IMG/VR virus record: IMGVR_UViG_2663763326_000013
Length of the DNA stretch: 45,258 nt
Reading direction: 5' to 3' (one strand)
DNA from: a virus
Taxonomy: Duplodnaviria > Heunggongvirae > Uroviricota > Caudoviricetes
Shown here: piece by piece, positions 16,579 to 26,767 of the stretch
How positions within the stretch are numbered: the stretch's first letter is position 1
How the letters are laid out: the number at the start of each line of letters is the position of its first letter
Position numbers and translations under genes: made by a program
Notes under the pieces: generated by a model
The model's input: only the letters and a program-made list of their open reading frames with translations
Databases searched by the model: none
Told to the model about the DNA's origin: nothing

Positions 16579-16929
16579 ATGACTCAAAACTATGAACTGA
16601 TTGTGAAAGGGATCCGCAATTTTGAGAATAAAGTTACGGTAACTTTAGCATTACAGGACAAAGAACGCTTTGACGGTGAAATTTTTGACTTGGACATCTC
16701 GCTGGACCGTGTTGAAGGTGCTGCGCTGGAGTTTTATGAGGCAGCGGCCAGAAGGAGCATCAGACAGGTCTTCCTGGATGTCGCTGCCGGGTTATGTGAA
16801 GGGGATGAGCAGTCGCCGGAAAAGCGCCCCGTAATTTTAGAGGCGCAGAATGTATGGATAACCTACAAAGGAAAGCTACCGGGAAGGATTACTGGTTCTC
16901 TGAAGACTCCTCCGGAATCACAACCTTAA
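16579..16929 (+). CDS. hypothetical protein inserted between holin and endolysin
   Basis: 116-aa ORF in frame context of the lysis cassette; no recognisable motifs. Confidence 0.4.
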   Translation: MTQNYELIVKGIRNFENKVTVTLALQDKERFDGEIFDLDISLDRVEGAALEFYEAAARRSIRQVFLDVAAGLCEGDEQSPEKRPVILEAQNVWITYKGKLPGRITGSLKTPPESQP

Positions 16930-16992
16930 GTCACTGACCGGAACAGATAAACCTGTCCGTGGGCAGAAACCGATAAATCCTGATAAATATCC

Positions 16993-17526
16993 ATGAACGC
17001 AAAAATCAGATACGGCCTGTCGGCTGCCGTTCTGGCACTGATTGCCGTCGGTGCGCCCGCGCCTGATATTCTCGACCAGTTTCTGGATGAAAAAGAAGGT
17101 AACCACACAACGGCATACCGCGATGGGTCCGGCATCTGGACCATCTGTCGGGGTGCCACGATGGTGGATGGAAAACCCGTTTTTCCCGGTATGAAACTGT
17201 CGAAGGAAAAATGCGACCAGGTCAACGCCATTGAGCGTGATAAGGCGCTGGCATGGGTGGAGCGCAATATTAAAGTACCACTGACCGAGCCACAAAAAGC
17301 GGGTATCGCGTCATTTTGTCCCTATAACATTGGCCCCGGTAAGTGTTTTCCGTCGACGTTTTATAAGCGGCTGAATGCTGGTGATCGTAAAGGTGCATGC
17401 GAGGCGATTCGCTGGTGGATAAAAGATGGTGGGCGCGATTGCCGCATACGTTCAAATAACTGCTATGGGCAAGTTATTCGTCGTGACCAGGAAAGCGCAT
17501 TAGCCTGTTGGGGGATAGATCAGTGA
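16993..17526 (+). CDS. SAR endolysin (lysozyme, R21-like with N-terminal signal-anchor-release domain)
   Basis: 177 aa; Gly/Ala-rich weak TM segment ([18 protein letters not shown]) followed by a lysozyme catalytic region (E...D...T at ...[20 protein letters not shown]). Confidence 0.75.
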   Translation: MNAKIRYGLSAAVLALIAVGAPAPDILDQFLDEKEGNHTTAYRDGSGIWTICRGATMVDGKPVFPGMKLSKEKCDQVNAIERDKALAWVERNIKVPLTEPQKAGIASFCPYNIGPGKCFPSTFYKRLNAGDRKGACEAIRWWIKDGGRDCRIRSNNCYGQVIRRDQESALACWGIDQ

Positions 17527-17990
17527 GCAGAGTCGCCGCGATTATTTATGCTCTGGTTATCTGCATCATCGTCTGCCTGTCGTGGGCGGTCAATCATTAT
17601 CGTGATAACGCCATCGCCTATAAAGAACAGCGTGATAAAAAAGTCAGTGAGCTGAAGCAGGCGACCGCCACCATTACTGACATGCAGCAGCGCCAGCGTG
17701 CTGCTGATGCACTCGATGCTAAATACACGAAGGAGTTAGCTGATGCGAAAGCTAAAAATGATGCTCTTCGGCGCAAGCTTGATAATGGTGGTCGGGTGTT
17801 CGTCAAAGGAAAATGCCCTGTGCCATCCTCAGCCGAAACCTCCAGCGCCTCCGGTATGGGCAATGATGCCACCGTCGAACTCTCTCCAGTTGCTGGACGA
17901 AACGTTCTCGGTATCCGGGACGGAATCATCAGAGACCAGACAGCACTGAGAACGCTTCAGGAATATATCAGGACGCAATGCCTTCGATGA
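17508..17990 (+). CDS. Rz-like inner-membrane spanin (i-spanin)
   Basis: 160 aa; N-terminal TM segment ([17 protein letters not shown]) then coiled-coil region; contains the embedded Rz1-like ORF. Start uncertain (ATG 17508 or GTG 17523). Confidence 0.65.
   Translation: MGDRSVSRVAAIIYALVICIIVCLSWAVNHYRDNAIAYKEQRDKKVSELKQATATITDMQQRQRAADALDAKYTKELADAKAKNDALRRKLDNGGRVFVKGKCPVPSSAETSSASGMGNDATVELSPVAGRNVLGIRDGIIRDQTALRTLQEYIRTQCLR
17743..17949 (+). CDS. Rz1-like outer-membrane lipoprotein spanin (o-spanin), embedded in the +1 frame of Rz
   Basis: 68 aa; signal peptide with lipobox VVGC, Pro-rich mature region ([11 protein letters not shown]); entirely within the Rz ORF. Confidence 0.65.
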   Translation: MRKLKMMLFGASLIMVVGCSSKENALCHPQPKPPAPPVWAMMPPSNSLQLLDETFSVSGTESSETRQH

Positions 17991-18496
17991 TAGAGATAAT
18001 TTTACTCATCATCCTTCACATCTGGTTCTGTAGACAGGGTGGTGATCACTTCTGGAGTGAATCCAGATTAAACATCTCATTGCTGATGCTTAAAGTTGAG
18101 CATTTGGCGCGCGGTAAGGGGCTGCGTTTAGATAAGAGCCAGTCATCACAAACACCAGGATTTAGCCTCGCATTCGCGGGGCTTTTTATTGCAACAAAGG
18201 TAAAGACGATGGATGAAGAATATCGTAAAGACCTGCAACTGTGGTTTGGTCTTACGCATGCGTCGTTCTGCGTGATGCCGCGAGTATTCATGGAGGCTAT
18301 GCCTCCAGAATGGCAAGAGAAGATGGCTCAGTTGCTTTTTGAGTATAGCGACACGATCAAAACGGATGTCTGCGGAGTTCACAGCTGTTTTGTTACTGCC
18401 AAAGACGGCAACAACCGCTTTATGAGGATGCCAGAAGATATTCTGAACTATCGTCATCCTCGACGTGAATTCATCGAATCATTTCTGAAGAAGTAG
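17978..18496 (+). CDS. hypothetical protein (start uncertain; alternative start at 18208)
   Basis: 172-aa ORF with hydrophobic N-terminus; an internal ATG (MDEEYRKDL...) could be the true start. Confidence 0.3.
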   Translation: MPSMIEIILLIILHIWFCRQGGDHFWSESRLNISLLMLKVEHLARGKGLRLDKSQSSQTPGFSLAFAGLFIATKVKTMDEEYRKDLQLWFGLTHASFCVMPRVFMEAMPPEWQEKMAQLLFEYSDTIKTDVCGVHSCFVTAKDGNNRFMRMPEDILNYRHPRREFIESFLKK

Positions 18497-18780
18497 CCAT
18501 TACAAAGCCTATCTACGGGTGGGTTTGATAATGGCTTATACCCTGCACGGGATAACTTAACTGATATCCCTTTTAACGGATAAACGGAGCCAACAATGGC
18601 AGAGAATGTCGGCATTATGGCAGTGAAATTTGGATAAATCGGGGATTAGAAAGATAGAGGCGAGCCGGTCAGGTAGAAATGAATCAGGCTCAAAGTGAAG
18701 CGGAAAAGGTCTGTGGCACAAACTGATGCTGCCATAATTACAGCCTGATGACTTGTGGAATGAAACATGTTGAACCTCCT

Positions 18781-19352
18781 TAATTGATGTGATTCGAGTG
18801 AGGAAGGCATTCTGTCCTTCTATAGTGTCCAGTAAATCAAACAGGAAGCTTGTCTCACGTGTGAGACAAGCCTCTCCATTAGCGAGTTGTATTGATTACA
18901 ACTCTTCAAAGAGTTCATTACTGGGTAGATGAAAATAGTTTCACGACGAATGGAGGAGACTATGTCGGTGGCTTCTTCATTGGAGTACATATGCTCCCTC
19001 GAACCTCAAAAGCATGCCGAGTTCGCGGCTGCCGCCATACCACGACTGACCCGTGTTGAAGCTCCGTAATTGATGTTATTCGAGTGAGGAAGGCATTCTG
19101 CCCCCCTATACTGTCCAGTAAATCAAACAGGAAACTTGCCTTACGCGTGAGACAAGCCTCTCCCATCAGTGAGTTGTATTGATCTCGACTCTTCAAAGAA
19201 TTCATTACTGGGTAGATGAAAATAGTTTCACGATAAATGGAGGAGGCTATGTTGGTGGCTTCTTCATTGGAGTACATATGCCCCCACGAACCCCAAAAAC
19301 CTGCCGTGTTCGCGGCTACCGCAATACCACCACAGATCCGTCAGGCTATTGC
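18781..19352. repeat. Tandem direct repeat, 2 copies of a ~286-bp unit (plus a degenerate partial copy upstream)
   Basis: Copy A 18781-19066 and copy B 19067-19352 align base-for-base with scattered substitutions. Each has a 22-bp palindrome (perfect in A: CTTGTCTCACGTGTGAGACAAG) and a GGAGGAG SD followed by a mini-ORF. Confidence 0.7.
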
Positions 19353-19599
19353 AAAAGCCACAAAAGCGAAGGCTGGAAGCAATACAAGCCGGGCCAGTCC
19401 TGTCATCAGCGCGGTTATGGTTCGCGGGGTTGTCCCTCATGCTCGCCAGTCCTGTGCGGGGGTGGAAGAAACAGGACACTCACACAGATTCTTGTGGGTC
19501 GATGCTATTCCTTTCTGGATTATCCCGATGCCATTCATGCAAGGGCTGTATAAGACGTTCGTCATGGCTGTCAGGCTGACGGGTCCTCCCGGTGGGGTG

Positions 19600-19795
19600 G
19601 CCTGCCACGGGGCGGGAGCGTCGCGGAAAAAGGCTAGTTTTTGCATTTTTATCGGCCACCATCATCTTTTCATCTTATTGATTATTAATGATTATTTGTT
19701 TTTTGTATGTCGAATTGAGTGTTTTTTGTTCGACATCGAACGCGTTTTCTTAAAGTTGTTCGCACGATGCATGTTTAAAGCTCTCCGGAGGAAAT
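19600..19795. other. Putative cos region (cosN-like GC-rich core followed by AT-rich cosB-like segment) upstream of Nu1-like gene
   Basis: GGGGCGGGAGCGTCGCGGAAAAAGGC at about 19608-19634 resembles the recalled lambda cosN core (GGGCGGCGACCTCGCGGGTTTTCGC); position immediately 5' of terminase small subunit. Confidence 0.3.
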
Positions 19796-20287
19796 ATGGA
19801 TCATGAGTTGAAAAACCTGGTGCTGAATATTAATCAACTGGCGGCTTTATCTGGTCTGCACCGCCAGACTGTCGTGGCAAGACTGAAAAACATTCGTCCC
19901 GCTGGTGGACATGACAAACTCAAGCTATACCGGTTGACCGATATTCTGACTGAATTTATGGGGTTACCACCGCCGGTTGCTGAGGGCGAAATGGATCCAC
20001 ATGAACGCAAAGCCTGGTATCAGTCTGAACGTGAGCGTCTTAAGTTCGAACAGGAAACGGCACAACTCATTCCGGCCAGTGATGTCAGACGGGAGTTTGC
20101 CATCTGGGCAAAAGCGGTCGTGCAGGTGCTGGAGACATTACCGGATATTCTGGAACGTGACTGCGGCCTGCAGCCTGCCGCTGTGAGCCGTGTTCAGTCC
20201 ATTATTGATGATCTGCGCGATCAGATAGCCCTGCGGGTGACCGAAGCAGGTGCGGATGATGAGGAGGAATTACAGCAGGAGGAGTAA
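19796..20287 (+). CDS. Terminase small subunit (lambda Nu1-like)
   Basis: 163 aa; N-terminal HTH (LNINQLAALSGLHRQTVVARL); first gene of packaging module; overlapping stop/start with large subunit. Confidence 0.7.
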   Translation: MDHELKNLVLNINQLAALSGLHRQTVVARLKNIRPAGGHDKLKLYRLTDILTEFMGLPPPVAEGEMDPHERKAWYQSERERLKFEQETAQLIPASDVRREFAIWAKAVVQVLETLPDILERDCGLQPAAVSRVQSIIDDLRDQIALRVTEAGADDEEELQQEE

Positions 20288-22389
20288 TGCTGAATCAGGA
20301 AACCGCAAAGGCAGCACGAACCGATTCAGGTTATATCCTTCGCGCACCGAGACGAATGCGGGTTGCTGATGCCGTTGCTCAGTATATGCGGGTGCCCATG
20401 GGGGCCGGGAATTCAGTCCCGTGGGATCCGCTGGTGGCACCGTATGTTATTGAGCCGATGAACTGCCTGGCCTCGCGTGAATACGACGCAGTGATATTTG
20501 TTGGCCCGGCACGAACTGGCAAGACTATCGGCCTGATTGACGGCTGGGTGATTTACAATGTGATTTGCGATCCTGCTGATATGCTGATCATTCAGATGAC
20601 GGAGGAAAAAGCCCGCGAACACTCCAAAAAACGACTTGCCAGAACGTTTCGCGTCAGCCCGGAAGTGGTCAGTCGCCTGAGTCCGAACAAAAATGACAAC
20701 AACGTTTATGACAAAACATTCCTTGCTGGCAACTACCTGAAAATCGGCTGGCCGTCAGTCAATATCATGTCCTCATCAGATTATAAATGCGTGGCGCTGA
20801 CGGATTATGACCGTTTTCCGGAAGATATTGATGGCGAGGGGGATGCCTTCTCTCTTGCCTCAAAACGTACCACCACATTTATGTCCAGTGGTATGACGCT
20901 GGTGGAGAGTTCCCCCGGCAGGGATGTGAAGGATGTGAAATGGCGACGGACTTCACCGCATGAGGCTCCACCAACCACGGGGATACTGTCGCTCTATAAC
21001 CGTGGCGATCGCCGTCGCTGGTACTGGCCCTGTCCACACTGTGGTGAGTATTTTCAGCCCTGCGGCGATGTGGTTGCTGGTTTCCGTGATATTGCCGATC
21101 CCGTGCTGGCAAGTGAGGCGGCTTATATTCAGTGTCCTTCCTGTTCAGGACGGATTATGCCTGAACAAAAACGTGAGCTGAACGGACGTGGGGTCTGGTT
21201 GCGGGATGGTGAATCCATCAATGCGGATGGCAGTCGTTATGGTGATCCCCGACGCTCACGTATTGCGTCATTCTGGATGGAGGGTCCGGCAGCTGCTTAC
21301 CAGACACTCTCGCAACTCGTTTACAAACTGCTTACTGCAGAACAGGAATACGAGACAACCGGAAGTGAAGAAACACTCAAGACGGTTATCAATACCGACT
21401 GGGGATTACCTTATCTTCCCCGTGCCAGCATGGAGCAACGAAAAAGTGAACTGCTTGAGCAGCGGGCAGAGCCAGTTCCTTCCCGCAGTGTTCCGGATGG
21501 CGTTAATTTCCTTGTGGCGACAGTGGATGTGCAGGCGGGACGTCATCGCCGTTTTGTGGTTCAGGTAACGGGCTATGGCAGCCGTGGCGAACGCTGGATT
21601 ATTGATCGTTACAACATCACGCAGTCATTGCGCAGTGACTGCGACGGGGAGAGCCAGCGAATTGATCCGGCCAGCTATCCGGAAGACTGGGATGTCCTGC
21701 TGACGGATGTTTTTCATAAAAGCTGGCCGCTGGCCTCCGATCCTTCTCAACAAATGCGACTGATGGCAATGGCGGTGGACTCCGGCGGTGAAGACGGGGT
21801 CACTGATAATGCCTATAAATTCTGGCGTCGTTGCCGTCGTGATGGCCTTGGTAAACGTATTTACCTGTTTAAGGGCGACAGCATCCGGCGCGCAAAACTG
21901 ATCAGCCGTACATTCCCTGATAACACCGGACGAACGGGCCGACGGGCGCAGGCCGCAGGTGATGTACCGCTCTGGCTTCTTCAGACGGATGCCCTGAAAG
22001 ACCGGGTGAATAACGCGTTATGGCGTGACTCGCCAGGTCCCGGCTATGTGCATTTCCCTGACTGGCTGGGGAGCTGGTTTTACGACGAACTGACGTATGA
22101 AGAGCGGAGCAGTGACGGGAAATGGAGTAAGCCGGGTCGCGGTGCCAACGAAGCTTTTGACCTGATGGTGTATGCCGAGGCTCTGGTCATTCTGCATGGA
22201 TACGAAAAGATCCGCTGGCCGGATGCACCGGAGTGGGCGAGCCGGGAAACCTGGCTGGAGTGTGTCCCGGACAGTACCGAACCGTCACCCACACCGGAAC
22301 CGGTATCCACGCCTGTTAAAAAACAAAAACGGAAGAAAACAGTAACTGACGATGTTAACCCCTGGCTGACTTCCGGAGGATGGTTATGA
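20287..22389 (+). CDS. Terminase large subunit (lambda gpA-like)
   Basis: 700 aa; Walker A-like (VGPARTGKT) and CPHCGEYFQ motif paralleling lambda gpA CPHCGEEQY. Confidence 0.8.
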   Translation: MLNQETAKAARTDSGYILRAPRRMRVADAVAQYMRVPMGAGNSVPWDPLVAPYVIEPMNCLASREYDAVIFVGPARTGKTIGLIDGWVIYNVICDPADMLIIQMTEEKAREHSKKRLARTFRVSPEVVSRLSPNKNDNNVYDKTFLAGNYLKIGWPSVNIMSSSDYKCVALTDYDRFPEDIDGEGDAFSLASKRTTTFMSSGMTLVESSPGRDVKDVKWRRTSPHEAPPTTGILSLYNRGDRRRWYWPCPHCGEYFQPCGDVVAGFRDIADPVLASEAAYIQCPSCSGRIMPEQKRELNGRGVWLRDGESINADGSRYGDPRRSRIASFWMEGPAAAYQTLSQLVYKLLTAEQEYETTGSEETLKTVINTDWGLPYLPRASMEQRKSELLEQRAEPVPSRSVPDGVNFLVATVDVQAGRHRRFVVQVTGYGSRGERWIIDRYNITQSLRSDCDGESQRIDPASYPEDWDVLLTDVFHKSWPLASDPSQQMRLMAMAVDSGGEDGVTDNAYKFWRRCRRDGLGKRIYLFKGDSIRRAKLISRTFPDNTGRTGRRAQAAGDVPLWLLQTDALKDRVNNALWRDSPGPGYVHFPDWLGSWFYDELTYEERSSDGKWSKPGRGANEAFDLMVYAEALVILHGYEKIRWPDAPEWASRETWLECVPDSTEPSPTPEPVSTPVKKQKRKKTVTDDVNPWLTSGGWL

Positions 22390-22598
22390 ACCAGAATGAT
22401 ATCGAAGCCATGATTCAGCGTTATACGGAAGCTGAAATGGCGGTGCTGGACGGAAAATCCGTCACCTTTAATGGTCAGCAGATGACCATGGAAAACTTAT
22501 CTGAGATCCGGCAGGGACGGCAGGAGTGGGAGCGCCGCCTTGCGGCTCTGATTACACGACGACGGGGGCATCCCGGGTACCGGCTGGCGAGGTTCTGA
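22386..22598 (+). CDS. Head-tail joining protein (lambda gpW-like)
   Basis: ORF from 22380; ATG 22386 preferred (GGAGG 6 nt upstream). C-terminal RRRGHPGY resembles gpW RRRGPAGF. Confidence 0.55.
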   Translation: MNQNDIEAMIQRYTEAEMAVLDGKSVTFNGQQMTMENLSEIRQGRQEWERRLAALITRRRGHPGYRLARF

Positions 22599-24106
22599 TG
22601 GCAATTCTTGATGATGTGATTGGCGTTTTTTCACCAAGATGGAAAGCGGCAAGGCTGCGTTCCCGTGCGGTGATCCAGGCTTATGAGGCCGTAAAAACGA
22701 CGCGGACACACAAAGCCCGGCGGGAAAACCGAACTGCCGACCAGTTAAGCCAGTACGGGGCCGTGTCGTTACGTGAGCAGGCCCGTTACCTTGATAACAA
22801 CCACGATCTGGTTATTGGTGTATTTGACAAGCTGGAAGAACGGGTGGTGGGGAAAAACGGGATTATTGTCGAGCCACATCCGGTATTACGCAATGGGGCC
22901 ATTGCCCGTGATCTGGCAGCGGAGATACGCACCCGATGGAGTGAATGGTCTGTCAGTCCGGAAGTCACCGGGCAGTTTACCCGTCCGATGCTGGAACGTC
23001 TGATGCTGCGTACCTGGCTGCGCGATGGTGAGGTGTTTGCCCAGATGGTTTCCGGGCGCATAAACAGCCTGACGCCTTCTGCCGGTGTTCATTTCTGGCT
23101 GGAGGCGCTCGAGCCGGACTTTATTCCCATGACCAGTGATGAGAGCAACAGGCTGAATCAGGGCGTGTTTGTTGATGACTGGGGGCGTCCCGAAAAATAT
23201 CTGGTGTATAAAAGCCGTCCCGTATCCGGACGGCAGATGGAAACCAAAGAAGTGGATGCAGAGCGAATGCTGCATCTTAAATTTGTTCGCCGTCTGCACC
23301 AGATGCGCGGGACGTCTTTGTTGTCCGGTGTGCTGATCCGCCTCAGTGCCCTGAAAGAGTATGAAGATTCTGAGCTGACTGCAGCAAGGATCGCCGCTGC
23401 TCTGGGGATGTACATCCGCAAAGGCGACGGGCAGAGCTATGAACCGGATGGTAATGGCAGCAAGGATAAGGAACGCGAGCTTACCATTCAGCCAGGCATT
23501 ATTTACGACGATCTGAAACCCGGCGAAGAAATTGGAATGGTGAAGTCGGATCGCCCCAATCCTAATCTTGAAACTTTTCGTAATGGTCAGTTGCGTGCAG
23601 TGGCGGCTGGCAGTCGTCTGAGTTTTTCCAGTACAGCGCGCAACTATAACGGCACTTACAGCGCCCAGCGTCAGGAGCTGGTTGAGTCTACTGATGGCTA
23701 CCTGATCCTGCAGGACTGGTTTATTGGTGCCGTCACCCGCCCGATGTATCGTGCATGGCTGAAACAGGCTGTGGCATCCGGTGTTATCAGGTTACCCCGC
23801 GATCTTGACCGTTCTTCACTGTATACCGCGGTGTATTCCGGACCAGTGATGCCGTGGATTGACCCTGTTAAGGAGGCTGAGGCCTGGAAAATCCAGATTC
23901 GTGGTGGAGCGGCGACAGAATCAGACTGGGTACGTGCTGGTGGTCGTAATCCGGATGATGTCAAACGTCGGCGCAAGGCCGAAATTGATGAAAACCGCAA
24001 GCTGGATCTGGTATTTGATACCGATCCGGCCAGTGATAAAGGAGGCAGCAGTGCCGCAACGAAACGACAGGAGCCGCAGCACACCGACGACCAGTCCGAA
24101 GAATAA
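22598..24106 (+). CDS. Portal protein (lambda gpB family)
   Basis: ORF from 22526; start at ATG 22598 overlapping the gpW stop (ATGA... context). 502 aa; position after terminase and W. Confidence 0.75.
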   Translation: MAILDDVIGVFSPRWKAARLRSRAVIQAYEAVKTTRTHKARRENRTADQLSQYGAVSLREQARYLDNNHDLVIGVFDKLEERVVGKNGIIVEPHPVLRNGAIARDLAAEIRTRWSEWSVSPEVTGQFTRPMLERLMLRTWLRDGEVFAQMVSGRINSLTPSAGVHFWLEALEPDFIPMTSDESNRLNQGVFVDDWGRPEKYLVYKSRPVSGRQMETKEVDAERMLHLKFVRRLHQMRGTSLLSGVLIRLSALKEYEDSELTAARIAAALGMYIRKGDGQSYEPDGNGSKDKERELTIQPGIIYDDLKPGEEIGMVKSDRPNPNLETFRNGQLRAVAAGSRLSFSSTARNYNGTYSAQRQELVESTDGYLILQDWFIGAVTRPMYRAWLKQAVASGVIRLPRDLDRSSLYTAVYSGPVMPWIDPVKEAEAWKIQIRGGAATESDWVRAGGRNPDDVKRRRKAEIDENRKLDLVFDTDPASDKGGSSAATKRQEPQHTDDQSEE

Positions 24107-24119
24107 TTCCTGGTTCAGG

Positions 24120-26078
24120 ATGCAGGCTGGTCACCAGAGTGACGCGGATATTTATATTTATGACGAGATTGGTTTCTGGGGTGTTACAGCGAAGCAGTTT
24201 ATCAGTGATCTGAATGCACTGGGCGATATCACCCACATTAATCTCCATATTAATTCACCGGGTGGCGATGTCTTTGAAGGCATCGCCATTTTTAATGCGC
24301 TGAAAACACATGGTGCGTCCATTACCGTTTATGTCGACGGTATGGCGGCGTCAATGGCGTCGGTCATTGCGATGGTGGGAAACCCGGTCATTATGCCGGA
24401 AAACACCTTCATGATGATTCATAAACCATTTGGCTTTACGGGCGGTAATGCGGAGGACATGCGCACCTATGCCGACCTGCTCGATAAAGTTGAGGCGGTT
24501 CTGTTACCCGCTTATGCACAGAAAACCGGGAAAACCACCGATGAAATTGCTGCCATGCTGGCGGATGAGACCTGGATGTCCGGTGCCGAATGTCTGGCAC
24601 ATGGATTTGCTGATCAGGTAACGCCAGCCGTTAAGGCAATGGCATGTATTCAGTCAAAACGTACAGAGGAATTTAAAAAGATGCCGGAATCCATTCGAAA
24701 CATGATTACTCCGCCACGCAACAGTGCTCCACGCGTACAGGATGATGAACCTGCAGCCTCCCGGACGCCAGTGCAGGCAGCAGCACCCGTGGTGGATGAA
24801 AACAGCATCCGTGCGCAGGTCCTGGCAGAGCAAAAAGCGCGTGTAAACGGTATTAATGATCTGTTTGCCATGTTTGGCGGGCGTTATCAGTCGCTGCAGG
24901 CTCAGTGTCTTGCCGATCCTGAATGTTCGCTGGAGCAGGCCCGCGAAAAGCTGTTGAACGAGATGGGGCGCGAGTCCACGCCATCCAATAAAAATACCCC
25001 GGCTCATATTTATGCCGGTAACGGTAATTTTGTGGGGGACGGGATCCGCCAGGCGCTGATGGCGCGTGCCGGATTTGAAAAAACCGAACGTGATAATGTC
25101 TACAACGGGATGACCCTGCGTGAATATGCCCGTATGTCACTGACTGAACGGGGTATTGGGGTTTCCAGTTATAACCCGATGCAGATGGTCGGTGCGGCGT
25201 TCACACACAGTACGTCTGACTTCGGTAATATTCTGCTGGATGTTGCGAACAAAGCCATTCTGCAGGGCTGGGAAGATGCCCCTGAAACCTATGAACAGTG
25301 GACGCGGAAAGGTCAGTTGTCTGATTTTAAAATTGCCCATCGTGTGGGTATGGGGGGCTTCAGTGCTCTGCGTCAGGTGCGTGAAGGGGCGGAATATAAA
25401 TACGTCACCACCGGAGATAAACAGGCCACTATTGCACTGGCGACCTATGGCGAGCTGTTCAGTATCACCCGTCAGGCCATTATCAATGATGATCTGAATA
25501 TGCTGACCGATGTCCCGATGAAACTGGGCCGTGCGGCGAAATCCACTATTGCCGATCTGGTTTATGCCATTCTGACGTCTAACCCGAAAATCTCCACAGA
25601 TAATGTAAGTCTGTTCGATAAAGCGAAACATGCAAACGTACTGGAGAGCGCTGCAATGGACGTGGCATCGCTGGATAAAGCCCGCCAGTTGATGCGCGTT
25701 CAGAAAGAGGGGGAGCGTCATCTGAATATTCGTCCTGCGTTCGTACTGGTACCGACGGCGATGGAGTCTGTTGCCAACCAGGTCATTCGCTCCTCAAGTG
25801 TCAAGGGGGCTGACATTAACGCCGGTATTATTAACCCGGTGAAAGATTTTGCGACCGTTATTGCAGAGCCTCGTCTTGATGATAACAGCCAGACCACCTT
25901 CTACCTGGCTGCGTCAAAAGGCTCCGATACGATTGAAGTGGCTTATCTCAACGGTGTGGATACGCCATATATTGATCAGATGGAGGGCTTCAGTGTGGAT
26001 GGCGTGACAACGAAAGTGCGTATTGACGCCGGTGTCGCGCCAGTTGATCACCGCGGTCTGGTGAAATGTACGGCGTAA
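24120..26078 (+). CDS. Prohead protease (ClpP/S49-like) fused to scaffold and major capsid domains
   Basis: ORF from 23859; start at ATG 24120 (MQAGHQSDADIYIYDEIGFWG). N-terminal ClpP-like protease signature (INSPGGDV, MAASMAS), central coiled-coil, C-terminal ~350 aa capsid-like. No separate capsid gene before the tail genes. Confidence 0.6.
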   Translation: MQAGHQSDADIYIYDEIGFWGVTAKQFISDLNALGDITHINLHINSPGGDVFEGIAIFNALKTHGASITVYVDGMAASMASVIAMVGNPVIMPENTFMMIHKPFGFTGGNAEDMRTYADLLDKVEAVLLPAYAQKTGKTTDEIAAMLADETWMSGAECLAHGFADQVTPAVKAMACIQSKRTEEFKKMPESIRNMITPPRNSAPRVQDDEPAASRTPVQAAAPVVDENSIRAQVLAEQKARVNGINDLFAMFGGRYQSLQAQCLADPECSLEQAREKLLNEMGRESTPSNKNTPAHIYAGNGNFVGDGIRQALMARAGFEKTERDNVYNGMTLREYARMSLTERGIGVSSYNPMQMVGAAFTHSTSDFGNILLDVANKAILQGWEDAPETYEQWTRKGQLSDFKIAHRVGMGGFSALRQVREGAEYKYVTTGDKQATIALATYGELFSITRQAIINDDLNMLTDVPMKLGRAAKSTIADLVYAILTSNPKISTDNVSLFDKAKHANVLESAAMDVASLDKARQLMRVQKEGERHLNIRPAFVLVPTAMESVANQVIRSSSVKGADINAGIINPVKDFATVIAEPRLDDNSQTTFYLAASKGSDTIEVAYLNGVDTPYIDQMEGFSVDGVTTKVRIDAGVAPVDHRGLVKCTA

Positions 26079-26164
26079 ACGTCGCAGACAACAACTCTGA
26101 TGGCCCGTAAGGGCTTTTTTTGTACCTGAAATCAGCCCCTGAACGGGGCTGTGCGGAGACAGTT

Positions 26165-26488
26165 ATGGCAAAGAATTTTGTAGAAGAAGGAAAAACGGTG
26201 GCGATTGTTGCCAGTGCAGCCATCAGCAGCGGAGATCTGGTGCAGGTGGGTGATGTTTTTGCGGTGGCGCTGACCGATATTCCACAGGGTGAAACAGGCG
26301 ACGGCATGACCGAAGGTGTGTTTATGCTGCCTAAGCTGAAAACGGATGATATGAAAACGGGTAAGAAGGTTTATCTGAAGTCCGGAAAAGTTCAGCTGAC
26401 TAACAGCGGCTCTGATCCGCTGGTCGGGGTTGTCTGGGCAGATGCCGGAACCAGTGCAGAAGAAGTGCCGGTAAAACTCAATGTCTGA
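26165..26488 (+). CDS. Small head protein (DUF2190-like; possible decoration or head-completion protein)
   Basis: ORF from 26120; start ATG 26165 with GGAGA upstream; position between capsid and FII-like gene. Confidence 0.4.
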   Translation: MAKNFVEEGKTVAIVASAAISSGDLVQVGDVFAVALTDIPQGETGDGMTEGVFMLPKLKTDDMKTGKKVYLKSGKVQLTNSGSDPLVGVVWADAGTSAEEVPVKLNV

Positions 26489-26756
26489 TCCCTTTTCCCG
26501 GCTGGCAGCGCGTATGGATGCGATCACGGTCAGAAAGATGGGAAAGACAGCCTCGATTAATGATGTCGATATGACTGTGATCCCGGGAGAAACACTGGCA
26601 GAGCTGAATGCTCTGTCCGGACCTGCGGTCTCTCTGGTGGTGTTTTCTTCGGGATACCGCCCACGGCGCGGGGATCGCGTTGTTTATGACGGACAACAAT
26701 GGACGGTCACACGGCATGAACGCTTTAACGGTAAGCCAATGATCTTTATTGAGTAA
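26481..26756 (+). CDS. Head-tail connector (lambda gpFII-like)
   Basis: 91 aa; pattern ...RRGDRVVYDGQQWTV resembles lambda FII C-terminal region (RRGDTL...WVDRV). Confidence 0.45.
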   Translation: MSDPFSRLAARMDAITVRKMGKTASINDVDMTVIPGETLAELNALSGPAVSLVVFSSGYRPRRGDRVVYDGQQWTVTRHERFNGKPMIFIE

Positions 26757-26767
26757 AGAGGTGTGGG

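Noticed and set aside
19237-19806. 189-aa ORF starting in repeat copy B and running through the putative cos region into the Nu1 start
   Set aside because: Only the first ~35 codons correspond to the repeated mini-ORF. The remainder crosses the cos-like and AT-rich region with an implausible composition and overlaps the terminase start.
20287-26078. Numerous 60-140-aa ORFs on both strands within terminase, portal and capsid genes
   Set aside because: All are nested in longer ORFs with clear structural-protein signatures and lack start contexts.
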